A DNA stretch of 64,000 nucleotides from the human T2T-CHM13v2.0 reference genome, Homo sapiens. A program made the position numbers and the translations under genes. Numbering within the stretch: position 1 is the stretch's first letter; each line of letters starts with the position of its first letter. Shown here one piece after another: positions 41,240 to 54,283 of this stretch. Below the pieces are notes generated by a model. The model searched no databases. It saw nothing but the letters and a program-made list of their open reading frames with translations, and was not told the DNA's origin. The stretch lies in assembly GCF_009914755.1 (NCBI RefSeq), contig NC_060932.1. One strand, given 5' to 3'.

Positions 41240-41440
41240 ATGTTATTTATTCAGGAAATATTTTCAGGTACTATGCTGAGTGCTAAAAGCATTGTTCTGC
41301 CTTTTAATACTAACAATGCCTGTGAAAAATATGTAGGATTATCCAGACTTTATAAATTTAAAACATTAGGATTCAGAAAAGTAATATGCACATGCTCCTA
41401 TACTTTACATGTGACAGACTGGAATCAAATGGTTTAGGAT
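41240..41440 (-). mobile_element. MIR, degenerate
   Basis: caggtactatgctgagtgct...aacaatgcctgtga...attatcc. Confidence 0.55.
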
Positions 41441-41678
41441 GCCCCGAATAACTGAACTCTTAATGCCCCAGAAGCCCAGATCGGGACCCACCACTGGGAG
41501 TTACAGCCCTCTGGAGCCAGCTTCAGAGGTGCACAGGTTTATTCTCTTCCCTATTCACCAGTGAAAGAAGCCCAGAGCCTCCATTCCAGGCACTCTGTGC
41601 TTCCCAAAGTAACAATTACTTAATTTGACAAGATAATTTAAAGAGATTGCCAAAATAACTTACAGGAGATTGCCAGTA

Positions 41679-41971
41679 TAATCAGCCCTCCCATATCTGG
41701 GGATTCTACATTTCCAGATTCAACCAGTTGAAGAGAGAAAATATTTGAAAAAAAAAATTTAAAATAATACAAATAAAAACAATACAACATAGTATTTATA
41801 TCATATTGGGTATTGTAAGTAATGTAGAGACCATGTAAAGTATATGGAAGGATGTGCATAGGTTATATGCAAATATGCTATTTTATGTCAGGGAGTTGAG
41901 CATCTGCAGATTTTGATATGGAGGCAGGGGTCCTGGAACCAACATCCCATGGATACCTGAGGGACAAATGT
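41679..41971. mobile_element. MER2-type MITE (Tigger class)
   Basis: gatgtgcataggttatatgcaaata...ttgagcatctgcagattttg...cctggaaccaa...catggatacctgagggacaaatg. Confidence 0.88.
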
Positions 41972-42968
41972 AATCACCATGTTTTCCCAGGTGGATTTTT
42001 AACAGTGGCCTTCTGGAGACACTATGCCTATGGTTTAGTCTAATTGTTAAAAATTGGGATAGGTGAAGAAAGATGGCAGATAGGCACAATGGGAGGCAGA
42101 TATTTCCATAAATGCCTTTTAAATCAGATCCTTTCTAGATTCACTTTTGGCTCTGGATCTGGAAGCTATCATCATGGCAACCCCAGAGTCCCATTGGTTT
42201 GCCTATTGGTTAGGTGGGCCAAGGTGTCCACATATCACAAAAGAGTTCTCAAAAAATTTCTTCCCAATAACGAGGGAGATTTATATTTAAGAGCACCTTT
42301 AGCCAAACTGAAGGAAGGGAAAGTTCACAAATATGGTAATAGCTCAAGTCAATGAATTAGAGGCTTTGTGTAGGGTAATTGTTGAGACCTCCCCAGTTGA
42401 CTGACCAAAACAATTCTTTGTTGGCTAGCAGAGTTAGAGAATAGAATTTTGCATAATCCAAGTATTTCATATAGGTCCCTTCTGCTGTTACTGGAGCACT
42501 AGTGAGCTATTGTATTTGTGGTCATAATATTAGCTGCATAGGTAGTTCTATAAATGTGTCTGGTTAATAATCCACAAACGTCAGTGTTTTACATTTGTAA
42601 GTAAAGAAGTCTCTGTCCACAGCAAAAACGTTACCAGGCAATATTTTTTAGCATTAAAAATATAAAATAAAATCAAGTTACTTCAAAGTTCTAAAGAACT
42701 AGAAGTCAATAAAATTCATAAATATTTATTTTTCAATAATTCTGGATGTATCTTAGGATCCTAATATAGGATGTACATCCTAATATAGTTATGTTTACCT
42801 GTCATTTATTTTAATTGATATATGCCAGTACTTCTATAGTAAGATTTTATTGGTAAAATGTTTTTTATTCTTCAAAATGCAGATTCCTTTCATAGGGTAT
42901 ATTCATCTACCATTTTCCATTCTTTGAAATCTGAAATAAGTCCTAACCTTATACATTCACCAGGAGTG

Positions 42969-43330
42969 TGTATTAATCACTTCTCACACTGCTGATAAAG
43001 ACATACCTGAGACTGGGTAATTTATAAAGAAAAAGAGGTTTAATGAACTCACAGTTCCACATGGCTGGGAAGACCTCACAAGCATGGTGGAAAGTGACAG
43101 GCACATCTTACATGGCAGCAGGCAAGAGAGAATGAGAGCAAAGCAAAAGGGAAAACACCTTATAAAGCCATCAGATCTAGTGAGACTTATTCACTACCAC
43201 GAGTATTGTGTGAGGGAAACCACCCCCATGATTCAACTGTCTTCCACCAGGTCCCTCCTACAACACATGGGAATTATGGGAGCTACAATTCAAGATGAGA
43301 TTCAGATGGGAACACAGCCAAACCATATCA
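42969..43330 (-). mobile_element. THE1B/C solo LTR
   Basis: tgtatta...gctgataaagacatacctgagactgggtaattt...gccaaaccatatca; perfect 5-bp TSD gagtg. Confidence 0.95.
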
Positions 43331-43832
43331 GAGTGTATACTTTCATTTTATTCCTCAATCTTCATTCCTTAAGTTTTCAACAAATAATTTGCTTTTGAAA
43401 GGATTAGGAGCTTAAGTTGGCTTTATAGTTATCCAGTAACCTTTTGATTTCTCCAACCAATGATTTGTAAAGGAATCTTCAGATTCAGATTTATCCTTTC
43501 CTACTTCATCTTCAATTGCTAAATTAAGCATGAGTCCCATCACTGAGATAACAGTCTTTCTTGGACAGAGTTATGCCAGGTCTTTTTCTATGTAAAGCAG
43601 TCATCTATTAGGCTGTCGTTGGTCTGTCAAGATGAAACTGTGTGCATTGGATCCATGTGAATGAACATAGAACATTATACAAATATTGTATGTTTCTATT
43701 CTTTGCTTGAAGCTTCTGGTTACTTAGATCTTATAGTGCTTCATAGTATAAAAAATGGTTAAAATACTTAAAAGTTTTAAAGATAAAGATGTCAGTGTCA
43801 CAGTGCATAACTGGGTTTTACATGGTCAAGTA

Positions 43833-43862
43833 TACACACATACACACACACACACACACACA
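43833..43862 (+). repeat. (CA)n microsatellite
   Basis: Read directly. Confidence 0.9.
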
Positions 43863-44269
43863 ATTTAAAAAATCTCTGATGCACTATGCCATACTCAGCA
43901 CCAATCCCCATTACAACTCTCCCAATGTTTCCTGGCCAGGCAGGTCACCAAGATGTTTGGGACTGTTTATGCCTTTGCACCTACTCATCATAATATTGTG
44001 TGGGGATCAATGGGAGAGATATTTGGCCCATTTTTAAGCCATATCAGGGGATCTTCCACTTCCTAAACTCACTTAGACTTGGAATTTAAGTCTAGACTAT
44101 TTTGTTTTTAACCTTGCTAACACCTACCTACCTACCTACCTATTCATTGTCCATAGCCTAGGTAGTCTTGAAAAACCCTCCATTCCCGCAGCTTCCCCCA
44201 ATGCCTCCTCTGAACTCAGTGTCACTCCTGTGTGCCTCCTTTAGTGTTTTTTTTGTTTGTTTGTTTTTG

Positions 44270-44462
44270 TTTGTTTGTTTGTTTTTGTCATTGCACTCAC
44301 CACCTTATATTGTAAAAGTCTATTACTAAGGAAGTATTCCTCCCTCCTTTATGTGCAGAATTCCTTGACAGAAAGGATAGGTCATGTTTACCTCTGTCTT
44401 GCCTCCAATGCGCAGCATGAAGCCTGGCTCTATGATCAGCTCTAAAGAAATGCTTGTTGATG
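44270..44462 (+). mobile_element. L2 3' fragment
   Basis: cattgcactcaccaccttatattgtaa...aaatgcttgttgatg. Confidence 0.65.
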
Positions 44463-44904
44463 GGCAAATAAACTCGAGAATCTCACACCAGAGCCAGACC
44501 GGAAGTTTCCTTCATTTCATGACTGGTTTTCACAAAAACAAGCATTAGGGAGAGTGGAAGGAAGAGCTTGCAAAATACCTTACTACTGCATTATGAATGT
44601 GGAGTTGTAATTTTGAGGTTCTTATCCATGAAGATGGTCCTTAAAATTCAGAATTTTAATTACCAACATAACACCATCCTTTCTTACTAGTATCATTATT
44701 TTATACTATGTTTTCAGTAGGACATATCTGATGGAAATACATTTCTTTTGATATTATTTATTATAACTGGTGAGCTACATTCCACCCAATAGTAAATGCC
44801 TCTCAGCAAAAAGATAGATACTTTTGATAGTTAATATATTCAGATATTATGTTGTTTGTGGAAACCATAACTTAATAAATTTTAAAACAGTGTCTTCTTT
44901 AAAA

Positions 44905-45990
44905 ATAATTTTTTATTAAACTTTGTATTTTGAGGTAATTGTAGATTCACATGCAGCTATAAGAAATAATGCAAACAATACTTTTTACCCAGTTTCCTCC
45001 AATGGTGACATCTTGAAAACTATCGCACAATAGCACAACTTTGATATTGACACTGATACAATCAAGATACAGAACATTTTCATCCAGGCATCCCCTGTGC
45101 TTAGCCCTTTTGTAGCTACGTCTACTTCCTTTGCCCACCCTCACCTTAAAACCCTGCCAATAATTAACATTTTGTCATTTCAAGCATGTTATATAAATGG
45201 AACCATAGAGTATATAACTTTCAGGTATTGGTTTTTTCCAATCAGCATAATTCTTTGGAGATTCTTTACTTAGCATACTTCTCTGGAGATTTATCTAGGT
45301 GCTTGTGTACTAGTAGTTCATTCTTTGTTATCGCTGCATAGTATTTCATGCTAGGGATGTTGAGCCATTTACCCATTGAAAGATACTTGGGTTGTTTCTA
45401 GTTTGGGGAGATTATAAATAAAGCTGCTATAAATACTCATACACAGATTTTTGTGTAAACATACATTTTCATTTCTCTGAGATAAATGCCTAGGAATGAG
45501 TGTGATTTCTAGATCTGATAGTAATTGCATGTTTAGTGTTTTTAAGAAACCAACAAAATATTTTCCAAAATTAGATGTGCCATTTTATATTCCTACCAGC
45601 AATGTGACAGCAATTGTTTTTCTGTATCTTCACCAGCATTTGGTGGTGTTACTTTTTTTATTTTAGCCATTATGATCAGTGCATAGTGATAGCTCATTTT
45701 GGTTTTACTTTGCATTTCTTTAGTGGCTAATGATGTTGAACATCTTTTCATAGGCTTATTTGCATCTGTATATCTTCTTTAGTGAAATGCTTCTCTGTTC
45801 CTGTTGCCTATTTTCTAATTAGATTGTTTTTTGACTGTTGAGTTTTAAGAGTTCTGTATATATTCTTGATAGCAGTCCTTTGTCGGATATGTGATTTACA
45901 AATATTTTCTCCCAGTCCATAGCTTGTCTTTTTTATTCTCTTTACTGTTTTTTTCCACAAGGCAAGAGCTTTTAATTTTGATAAAAATAA
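44905..45990 (-). mobile_element. L1MC-type 3' end
   Basis: aattgtagattcacatgcagctataagaaataat...agtttcctccaatggtgacatcttg; ORF2 remnant towards 45990. Confidence 0.9.
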
Positions 45991-46716
45991 CTTTTTATAC
46001 TTAATTGGCAACCAAATACCTAAATGTCTTTTGATAGAAAAACTTGTCCTAGATAATGTAAAATCATTTTACATATTCACAGATCCATCTCCACTAATGT
46101 CATATAAGTTTAAAAATCACAAAGTAATTTGAACAGATTCCTAAATTATAAATCAGTTAACAGTTATTTTTTGCTCTAATCTTTAGTTGTACATTTACTT
46201 CAAATAAACATTTGTTAAAAACGTACTCTGTACTGAGGAATGAGGATACAAAACTCATAATTTGTCATTTCTTTGCTTCAGGGACTTACATTTTACTGGA
46301 TTACATCTAAATTTTTATTTGGCAGTTTTATTCCAGGAAGATCATGACAGTCTTGTTTTCTAAATCTTAACTGCCTTTTGATGAAAAAGAAAGATAAGGC
46401 TTTAATTTCTCTAGTGAAACCTGAAGAAGTAAAATAAAATAACTTGTATGTCCCTTCACAAGCCACAGTCAGAACACTGTCACAATCTCGACCTTTGCTC
46501 CCCAAACCCTATTTTGCAAACCAGATGCTATTTCTTTGGACATTACAGGCTATTTTCAAAATACATCAGAACTTAACAAAACATCATATTAGCTAAATAG
46601 CACTATAAGAAACTGCTTATAATATTAAAATTATGTCTTGAGTTTATAATTATATAAAAATTGAATCTACCCTAGAGCAAAAATTACAATTAACTACTAA
46701 AAAATCGAATAAGTGA

Positions 46717-47403
46717 TTTTTTTTTTTTTTTTTGAGGCAGGGTCTCACTCTATGGCCCAGGCTGGAGTACAGTGGTGTGATCATGGCTTACTGCAGCCTT
46801 GATCTTCTGGGCTCAAGCAATCCTCATCCTCCCACCTCAACCCCTCCAGTAGCTGGGACCACAGGTGCACCCCACCACACCTGGTATATTAGTTTATTTT
46901 CACATTGCTGTAAAGAACTACCTGAGCATGTGTAATTTATTAGGAAAGCAGGTTAAATTGATTCAGAGTTCCTCCTGGCTGGGGAGGCCTCAGGAAACTT
47001 ACAATCATGGCGGAAGACAAACAGGATGCAAAACACCTCTTACAAGGTGGCAGGAGAGAGAGAGAGTGAGAGGGGAACTGTCACACACTTTTAAACCATC
47101 AGATCTCGAGATAACTCACTGTCATGATAATAGCAAGGGGGAAGTCTGCCCCCATCATTCAATCATCTCCCACCAGGCACCTCCCCTGACATGTGGGGAC
47201 TACAATTCTAGATGAGGTTTGGTTGTGGACACAGAGTCAAACCATAGCACCCGGCTAATTTTCTTTTCTTTTCTTTTTGGTAGATATGGAGTGTCACTAT
47301 GTTTTGTTTCCCTAGCTGGTCTTGAACTCCTGGGCTCAAGTGATCTGCCCACCTCGGCCTCCCAAAATGCTGGGATTACAGGTGTGAGCCAGTACACCCA
47401 GCC
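46717..47403 (-). mobile_element. AluJ split by an LTR
   Basis: Right arm 46717-46884, left arm 47250-47403; TSD aataagtgattt / aagaagtgattt. Confidence 0.93.
46885..47249 (-). mobile_element. MSTA-like solo LTR nested in the AluJ
   Basis: ggctggggaggcctcaggaaacttacaatcatggcggaag; 5-bp TSD cctgg/cccgg. Confidence 0.9.
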
Positions 47404-48364
47404 AAGAAGTGATTTGTATAATGGCAGGATTATGAATGATTATTTCTGTGTCTTTAATTTGATCATATTTTTAAAACAGTCATTATTTTTGGTCATCATG
47501 CTATATACTACAGAGAGCAGTTTTTAATCTGTGAACGTGTAAGTCAACTTGATTTAGCTGAACATAGCAGAGTCATCAATCAAACTGATTGATGACTAAG
47601 GGTCCGCAGGGTAACACATCATCATAGTTGTTTCCATGGTGATGAATTATGATGTCACAAACTCATCAAGACTGTGACTCAGTGAACCATCTAGACAGAG
47701 GATGAAATGCAGTAGTTCACCAACATGTATGCCATCTTTGTATTATATGGTATTATTAATTAAAACGAAGGGCTGAGTATTTCTTTCATTGAGATTACAT
47801 GAAGATATTACGTATATTCAGACTTGCCTGAACACGGCTATGCTGGTTTTAAATTGAAGGTTTTCACAAAGCAAAAAATTGAGAAACAGAATTTGACATA
47901 GAATTGTGTATTTATTAGAAAAGATCTTTTCTTCTCATATTCTGAAAAGCACACTCATTAATTACAGTTAAATTCAGGCAAATTTGGCAAATTTTCGTCA
48001 GTATACTTATTCTTTTGTTAGTTAATAGCTTTGCTTTTCAGTTTTAGATATTGGTATTAAATATATAAAGAGAAAAGACCTTAGTGTTCTCATGCTCAGA
48101 GATTAAGAGAATAGTTATAGGTTTGAAATTAGGCACTTTCCCTGATAGTTTTTGTTGGTACATGTTTTAGGTTATGTTTCTATGAACAACCAGATGCAAA
48201 CGTCCTGGCATTCATCCTGCCTGCTTGCTGTTTGTACCATCTCCGTGGTAGCAACCATCCAAGCTGCTGGAAGCACAGACTGAGCTCTATGAGTCAATTA
48301 TTTTATATACCTGGGAACGTGCTAGCCTTCCTGTCACTCTTTGATGTCACTATGTAGACAGTTT

Positions 48365-48585
48365 GCAGCCTAGGCAACATGGTAAGACCCTGTCTCCAAA
48401 ACTTCCAAAAATTAGCCACCAGGTGTGGTGGTGCATGCCTGTAGTCCTAGCTACTCTGAAGGTTGAGGCAAAAGGAACCCTCAACCCCAGGAGTTTGAGG
48501 CTGCAGTGAGCTATGATCGCACCACTGCACTCCAGTCTGGGAGACATAGTGAGATGCTGTCTTTAAAATAATAATAATAATTTTA
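48365..48585 (+). mobile_element. AluJ, 5'-truncated
   Basis: gagtttgaggctgcagtgagctatgatcgc; TSD-like tatgtagacagttt / tatctagacaattt. Confidence 0.92.
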
Positions 48586-48764
48586 AAAATTAAAAAATAT
48601 CTAGACAATTTCTCTGCTTTCAAGACTCTTCAAAGATCTCAAAGAGAAGCTTTACTCTGGAGTCTCAACAGAGGCCATTCAAAAACTCAACCTGGTTTTT
48701 CAACAATAAATTAGAAATGTAATGCTAACAGTAGGTGCCAAGGCCGAACATCAGGGAAAAGACA

Positions 48765-48958
48765 TTAGTGACCTTGAGTTCTAGACTAGATTTTACCAGT
48801 TTCTGACCTTCAACTCTGGTACTCGATTTTCTCATAAATGTGAGAAAATATCTTAACCGTATCACAGAATTGATGTGAGAATTCAAAATAAAGCATATTT
48901 AAAGCTCCTAGGTTAGTGCTTCATTTATGAAGGTCAGTGCTTCATAAATGATAGTTAT
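48765..48958 (+). mobile_element. MIR
   Basis: gaccttgagttctag...ttttctcataaatgtga...gtgagaattcaaa. Confidence 0.6.
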
Positions 48959-49877
48959 TTTTTTCCATTCAAAATAGAGATAAAAAAGACTTTATCTCAC
49001 TAATGTGTCATGCAAATAAGGATTAATCCTGTTTTCTATTCCTGAAGCATACAGAATGTGATTTCTTTCTCCATCATTTCCATCTGACTATCATCTGGGA
49101 GAACACACAGCTGCTCCACATCTGGTGCAACACAGGCAGATGTAGCTGTCCAGAGGGAGAAGAGTGTTTGCTTTTCTCCACCTAAACACTGACCCTCTTC
49201 TGCTTAGATTCAAAGACTGTCTTCCTTCTGCAGGTTTACCTGAGCCTGGACTCAAAGAATTACCTTCATTATGAGCTAAAGGAAGTCAGGCCCATTCTTC
49301 TTCTGCCTGGCCCCTCTGGCTCTTTGGCACTTCCCACATCCTCCTCATTTGGAAAGGCTTCATGACTTTCTGGTTCACAAAGCAGCTCTGTTGTTGCTTA
49401 TTTCCACTACAGGGAAAAAGTGAAACACTTCACTCAGGGCGCAGAACAATGGAAGTCCCTGGAAGGAAAGGCTTGCAAGAGAAAACCAAGTGGCTTCTGA
49501 GATATTCGAAAGTCCAGTTGTTTTCCCTTTTTAAAAATTTTCAGATGCTCTTTGATGCCATTTCATAAAGCCTGTGATTGGGCCAAAAGTCTTAGTTCAC
49601 CATGTACCACAAATAGTGTACTCTATATAGCATATGCTTAACTAAGAAAAAATAAAGATTTAGAAATAGATGTATTGAGGACATGCCATTAAAAGCAGCT
49701 TCCATTGAATCAACTGTTTTTCAGAGTACTGTCAAGATTACCTTAAACTAGTCTAATCAAGGTAGGTGGTGGATTCCAAACTTGGGAAAAAGTGAGTCTT
49801 TGTATTCTGTGAAGTTTAATAACTACCCAAGGAAGAAGTGTTGGATACAACAACTATGAGTATCTTAGAAAGTATGT

Positions 49878-50186
49878 CTTTTTTTTTTTTCTGAGTCAGG
49901 GTCTTGCTCTATCACCCAGGCTGGAGTGCAGTGATGTGATTATAACTCATTGCATTGCAATCTTGACCCCCTGGGCTCAAGCCATCCTTCCATCTTAGCC
50001 TCCCAAGTAGCTAGGACTACAAGTGGATGCCACCATGCCCAGCTAATTTTTTTCTTAATTTCATTTTTGTAGAGATAGGATTTCCCAGGCTGGTATCAAA
50101 CTCTCAAACTTCCTGGTCTCAAGCAGTTCTCCCACCTTGGCTTCCCAAAGTGCTGGCATTATAGGCATGAGCCACCACACCCAGCC
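49878..50186 (-). mobile_element. AluJ
   Basis: polyT, ctgggctcaagccatcc, ggcttcccaaagtgctgg. Confidence 0.93.
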
Positions 50187-50920
50187 TGGGTGTCTGTCTT
50201 TATGCTAAATGTCCGAGCCTTTCCATTTGTCTTTTGCCTCTTCATAAACCTCTGCTGAGCTTTATCAGGTCATTCACATCTTTCATTACAGGCAAGTGGT
50301 AAACTTAGTAATATGCTTCCTCTGGTGACAATGGGCAAAGGACTAGAAGCATAAGTAAAGAAATAGTAGACTGAAATAAGCGGATTTTGACATGCAAAAA
50401 GATGCAGCAAGGTGAACCTGGTTAAGAAATAGACTCAGAGAGCTTGAACATGGAAGGATGCTAGGACAAGTGGCAGCTAAGGCAGAAAGACAGCCATGGT
50501 TCCAGATGTCTGGGGAAACAATGGAAGGCAGATATTACAAAGTTTTCCATTTTGTACCAGAAGTGTCCGTATGAACACAAACTCCTAGTAAGTGTTCTTA
50601 ATTGTTCTGTGGGCTGATGTGCATTTTTCTCCTACAATAGGAACTAGCAATCTACATATTATTTACCAAGCCTTCCTAGATAGAAGCATTTATGATTATT
50701 TTTTGTTTATATAAATGTCTTGCATTTACTAGAAAATCATGCTTTTCGAGAACGCATTTCTATTATGGAGTTTCTTAAAGAGAGAAAAAAAAAATGTATG
50801 GCTTTAGAAAAATCCTAGTGATTTTTTGACAGTATGAACTGTATTGTGTGTTCTTGTCTTGGATCAATATCATGGCACAATGCTTTGATAGTGTCTGAAG
50901 ATTAAGATATACAATACAAT

Positions 50921-51386
50921 TTCCTCCCTTCCCTTCTTTCCTTTTTCCTTCCTTCCTTTTTCCTTTCTTTCTTTTCCTTCCTTCCTTCCTTTCTTTTTCT
51001 TTCTCTCTCTCTTTCTCTTCCCTCCCTCCCTCCCTCTCTCTTTCCTCTTTCTTTCTGTCTGTCTGTCTGTCTGTCTTTTTCTTGAGATAGGGTCTCACTT
51101 TGTCACCCAGGCAGAAGGGCAGTGGCCCTATCATATTTCACTGCCACCTCAAATTCCTGGGCTCAAGGGATCCTCCCGCCTCAGCCTCTCAAGCAGCTGG
51201 GACTACAGGTGTGCCCCTCCATGTGCGGTTAATTGTAGTTTTTTGTTTGGGGTGGTTTTGTTTGTTTGTTTGTTTTTGTAGAGACTTTGTTGCCTAGGCT
51301 GGTCTCAAACTCCTGGGCTCAAGCAGTCCTCCCACTGCAACCTCCCAAAGTGCTGGGATTATAGGTGTGAGCCACCATGTCCAGCC
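50921..51386 (-). mobile_element. AluJ whose tail expanded into a ~155-bp CT-rich tract
   Basis: TSD-like caatacaatttc / caataccatttt brackets both tract and Alu. Confidence 0.9.
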
Positions 51387-52022
51387 CAATACCATTTTCT
51401 TATGTTTCCCATATATGCATAATTTTACTTGCATGCAATTCTGAATGGATGAAACATGTTTTAATCACCTATTTTTCTACTTTGTAGAAGAGCCAAGGTA
51501 ACATGAACTAAATCATTAAAGCAGTTGACTTGTTAGTGGATTGTGATAGGACTCAGGCATTTCCCAAAGGGGGAACCCATATTTTGGTAATCCCAGACAT
51601 TTTAATTATATTTTTCTATCCATTCCTCAATGCCACAATGAGGAACAGCATTCTTTCCTGGGAAGTCTCACAATTTTGTCAAAAGTAGAAGAGTTGCCTT
51701 TGACGAATACAAATCCAGCAATAAAGAAGAACAGGTCTAACAAATGAGGCCACCTTGGAAAATGTCATTTTGCCCCTTTGAGCCTTGCCCATCTTACCTT
51801 TAGAGGAAGAGATGGGACTGAATCAGTTCAAAGAGCCTCGATAGCTTTAAATGTCTGTGATTGATTTTTCTGCAGAGCAAGATCAAACAAAACAGTATTT
51901 CCTAGCTGCTGCCCTTACATGTAGTGGTGATTCACAGAGAATTTGGGGAGGAAAGTAGCCATTATGGGATGTTTTGCAAAAGGCAATACCAAGATTGATC
52001 ATCACCTGAGGGCGACACACTA

Positions 52023-52326
52023 TAGTTGTTCCTCTGTATCCATGACAGATTAGTCCCAGGACCCCTTGCAGATACCAAAATCCACAGATGCTCATGTCCT
52101 GCTTATAAAATGGCATAGTATTTGTACACAGCCTTGTATATCCTCCTGAATACTTTAAATCATCTCTAGATTACTTATAATACCTAGAGTTGTATAAATG
52201 CTATAGAAAGTATTGTTATACTGTATTTTTAAATGTACATTAGTTTTATTTTTTTTCCGAATACCTTTTTATCCATGGTTGGTTGAATCCACGGATGCAG
52301 AACCCATGGATATGGAGAGCTGACTG
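52023..52326. mobile_element. MER2-type MITE (opposite orientation to the 41679 copy)
   Basis: cagataccaaaatccacagatgctca...ggttggttgaatccacggatgcagaacccatggatatggagagctgactg, TA-flanked. Confidence 0.9.
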
Positions 52327-53319
52327 TAATAGTCAAAGACAAGAGTGGCTGGTGGTAAGCACACTATCTGTCCACAAGTGAATTTCCCCTAAGAATCCTG
52401 CTGGTACATTTCTTCATTTCTTGAGATTATTGAACCACGTGATTTGCCTCACTGCTTATTTCACCTTCTGGGTGACATGGGCTGTGAATGTGCAGTTCAA
52501 GGCCTAAATATTAGCCCTGATTCAAAATGGACATTAACCAAAAAAACAAACAACAATGATACTGGCCAACTGACTTCTCTCACTTCTCTCTTCTCTTTTC
52601 TTTAATTCATTCCTTACCTATTTAGAATAGCTGAGGCTCATTTTTATCTTCTTATGACAGCCAGAATTGTCATCTATTAAGATTAAGTAAGGAAGGCATA
52701 ATTGATATTCACAAACCACCCCAGGATTTATCAGAAGTGAGGGAGTTTCATATGGATTACTAATTGTCTAAAATTTGGCTCTAAGCACCTGAAGATCACT
52801 AGGCAGGAGAGAAGAGTAGGGTTTGTTGTACATGAGAAGAGGCTGTGGGGTGGGGATGTTCACCGAGAAGACTGCTTTGGTCTTTGATACTAGCATTTTT
52901 CCTTCTATATGGTTAACAAGGCACATATTTTCATTTTTATATCCCCAGAATAAAGGCTTGAAAGGAAACAAAATCTCAAATAAATGGACTAATTTGTTAA
53001 ATTCTGGACTAAACCTCAGTTTATTTTAACAGCTTTAACAACTGTCTCTGGAGCTCATAACACATATAGAGCACTATTGGTGTCACACAAAACCTTGAAA
53101 TCAGAATTGCCACAGACCGAATCTGATCTGAAATGGCATTTCATTCAACTGCAGCTTTGTGTCACAAGAACCTGTCTCTGTTTTCCTAACATGGGTATGA
53201 TGCATATTCAGAAGCAGCCGAGTGATTTACTTCTTTTTTCATTACGCTTGTGGATTTGCATAGATTCAGAAGGGGCATCTTCTGGGAGGTATAAGAGTTT
53301 ATAGAAAGACTAATTTCTT

Positions 53320-53620
<301 letters not shown>

Positions 53621-53947
53621 GAAGATTGATTTCCTGTAGACAGAAGGAGTGTTTATATTGGCAGCAGCAATGCAGATCAAAACTTTGGGGTCACCCTCTT
53701 GAATATCTTATTTGTATTTCTTCTTGGGTTACTAAAGTCTTGAGGAGAAAAATGAATAAAAGGCTTAAGAGGATTCTCATTTCCATGCAAAGCTTCTCCA
53801 CACTCCTGAGAGAAGGTTAGGGTCAGGAAGGAAGGTCAGACAATATAAACCTCAGCACTATTCAGTAAAATAGCCATGGGGAAAAATATGGTAAGTTTGT
53901 CTTAATTCATACCCAAGGACATTTAGCGCTCAGAAAACTAAAATACT

Positions 53948-53949
53948 TT

Positions 53950-53988
<39 letters not shown>

Positions 53989-54283
53989 TTTTGAGACAGA
54001 GTCTTGCACTATTGTGCGGGCTGGAGTGCAGTGGCGCAGTCTCAGCTCACTGCAACCTCCACTTGAACCTCCAGGTTCAAGTGATTCTCCTTGCCTCAGC
54101 CTCCCACGTAGCTGGGATTACAGGCGCCCACCACCACACCCGGCTAATTTTTTTTTTGTATTTTTAGTAGAGACGGGGTTTCACTATGTTGGCCAGGCTG
54201 GTCTTGAACTCCTGACCTCGTGATCCACCTGCATCGGCCTCCCAAAGTGCTGGGATTATAGGCATAAGCCACCTTGCTTGGCC
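53948..54283 (-). mobile_element. AluS with (TTTA)n tail
   Basis: TSD taaaatactttt on both sides. Confidence 0.96.
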
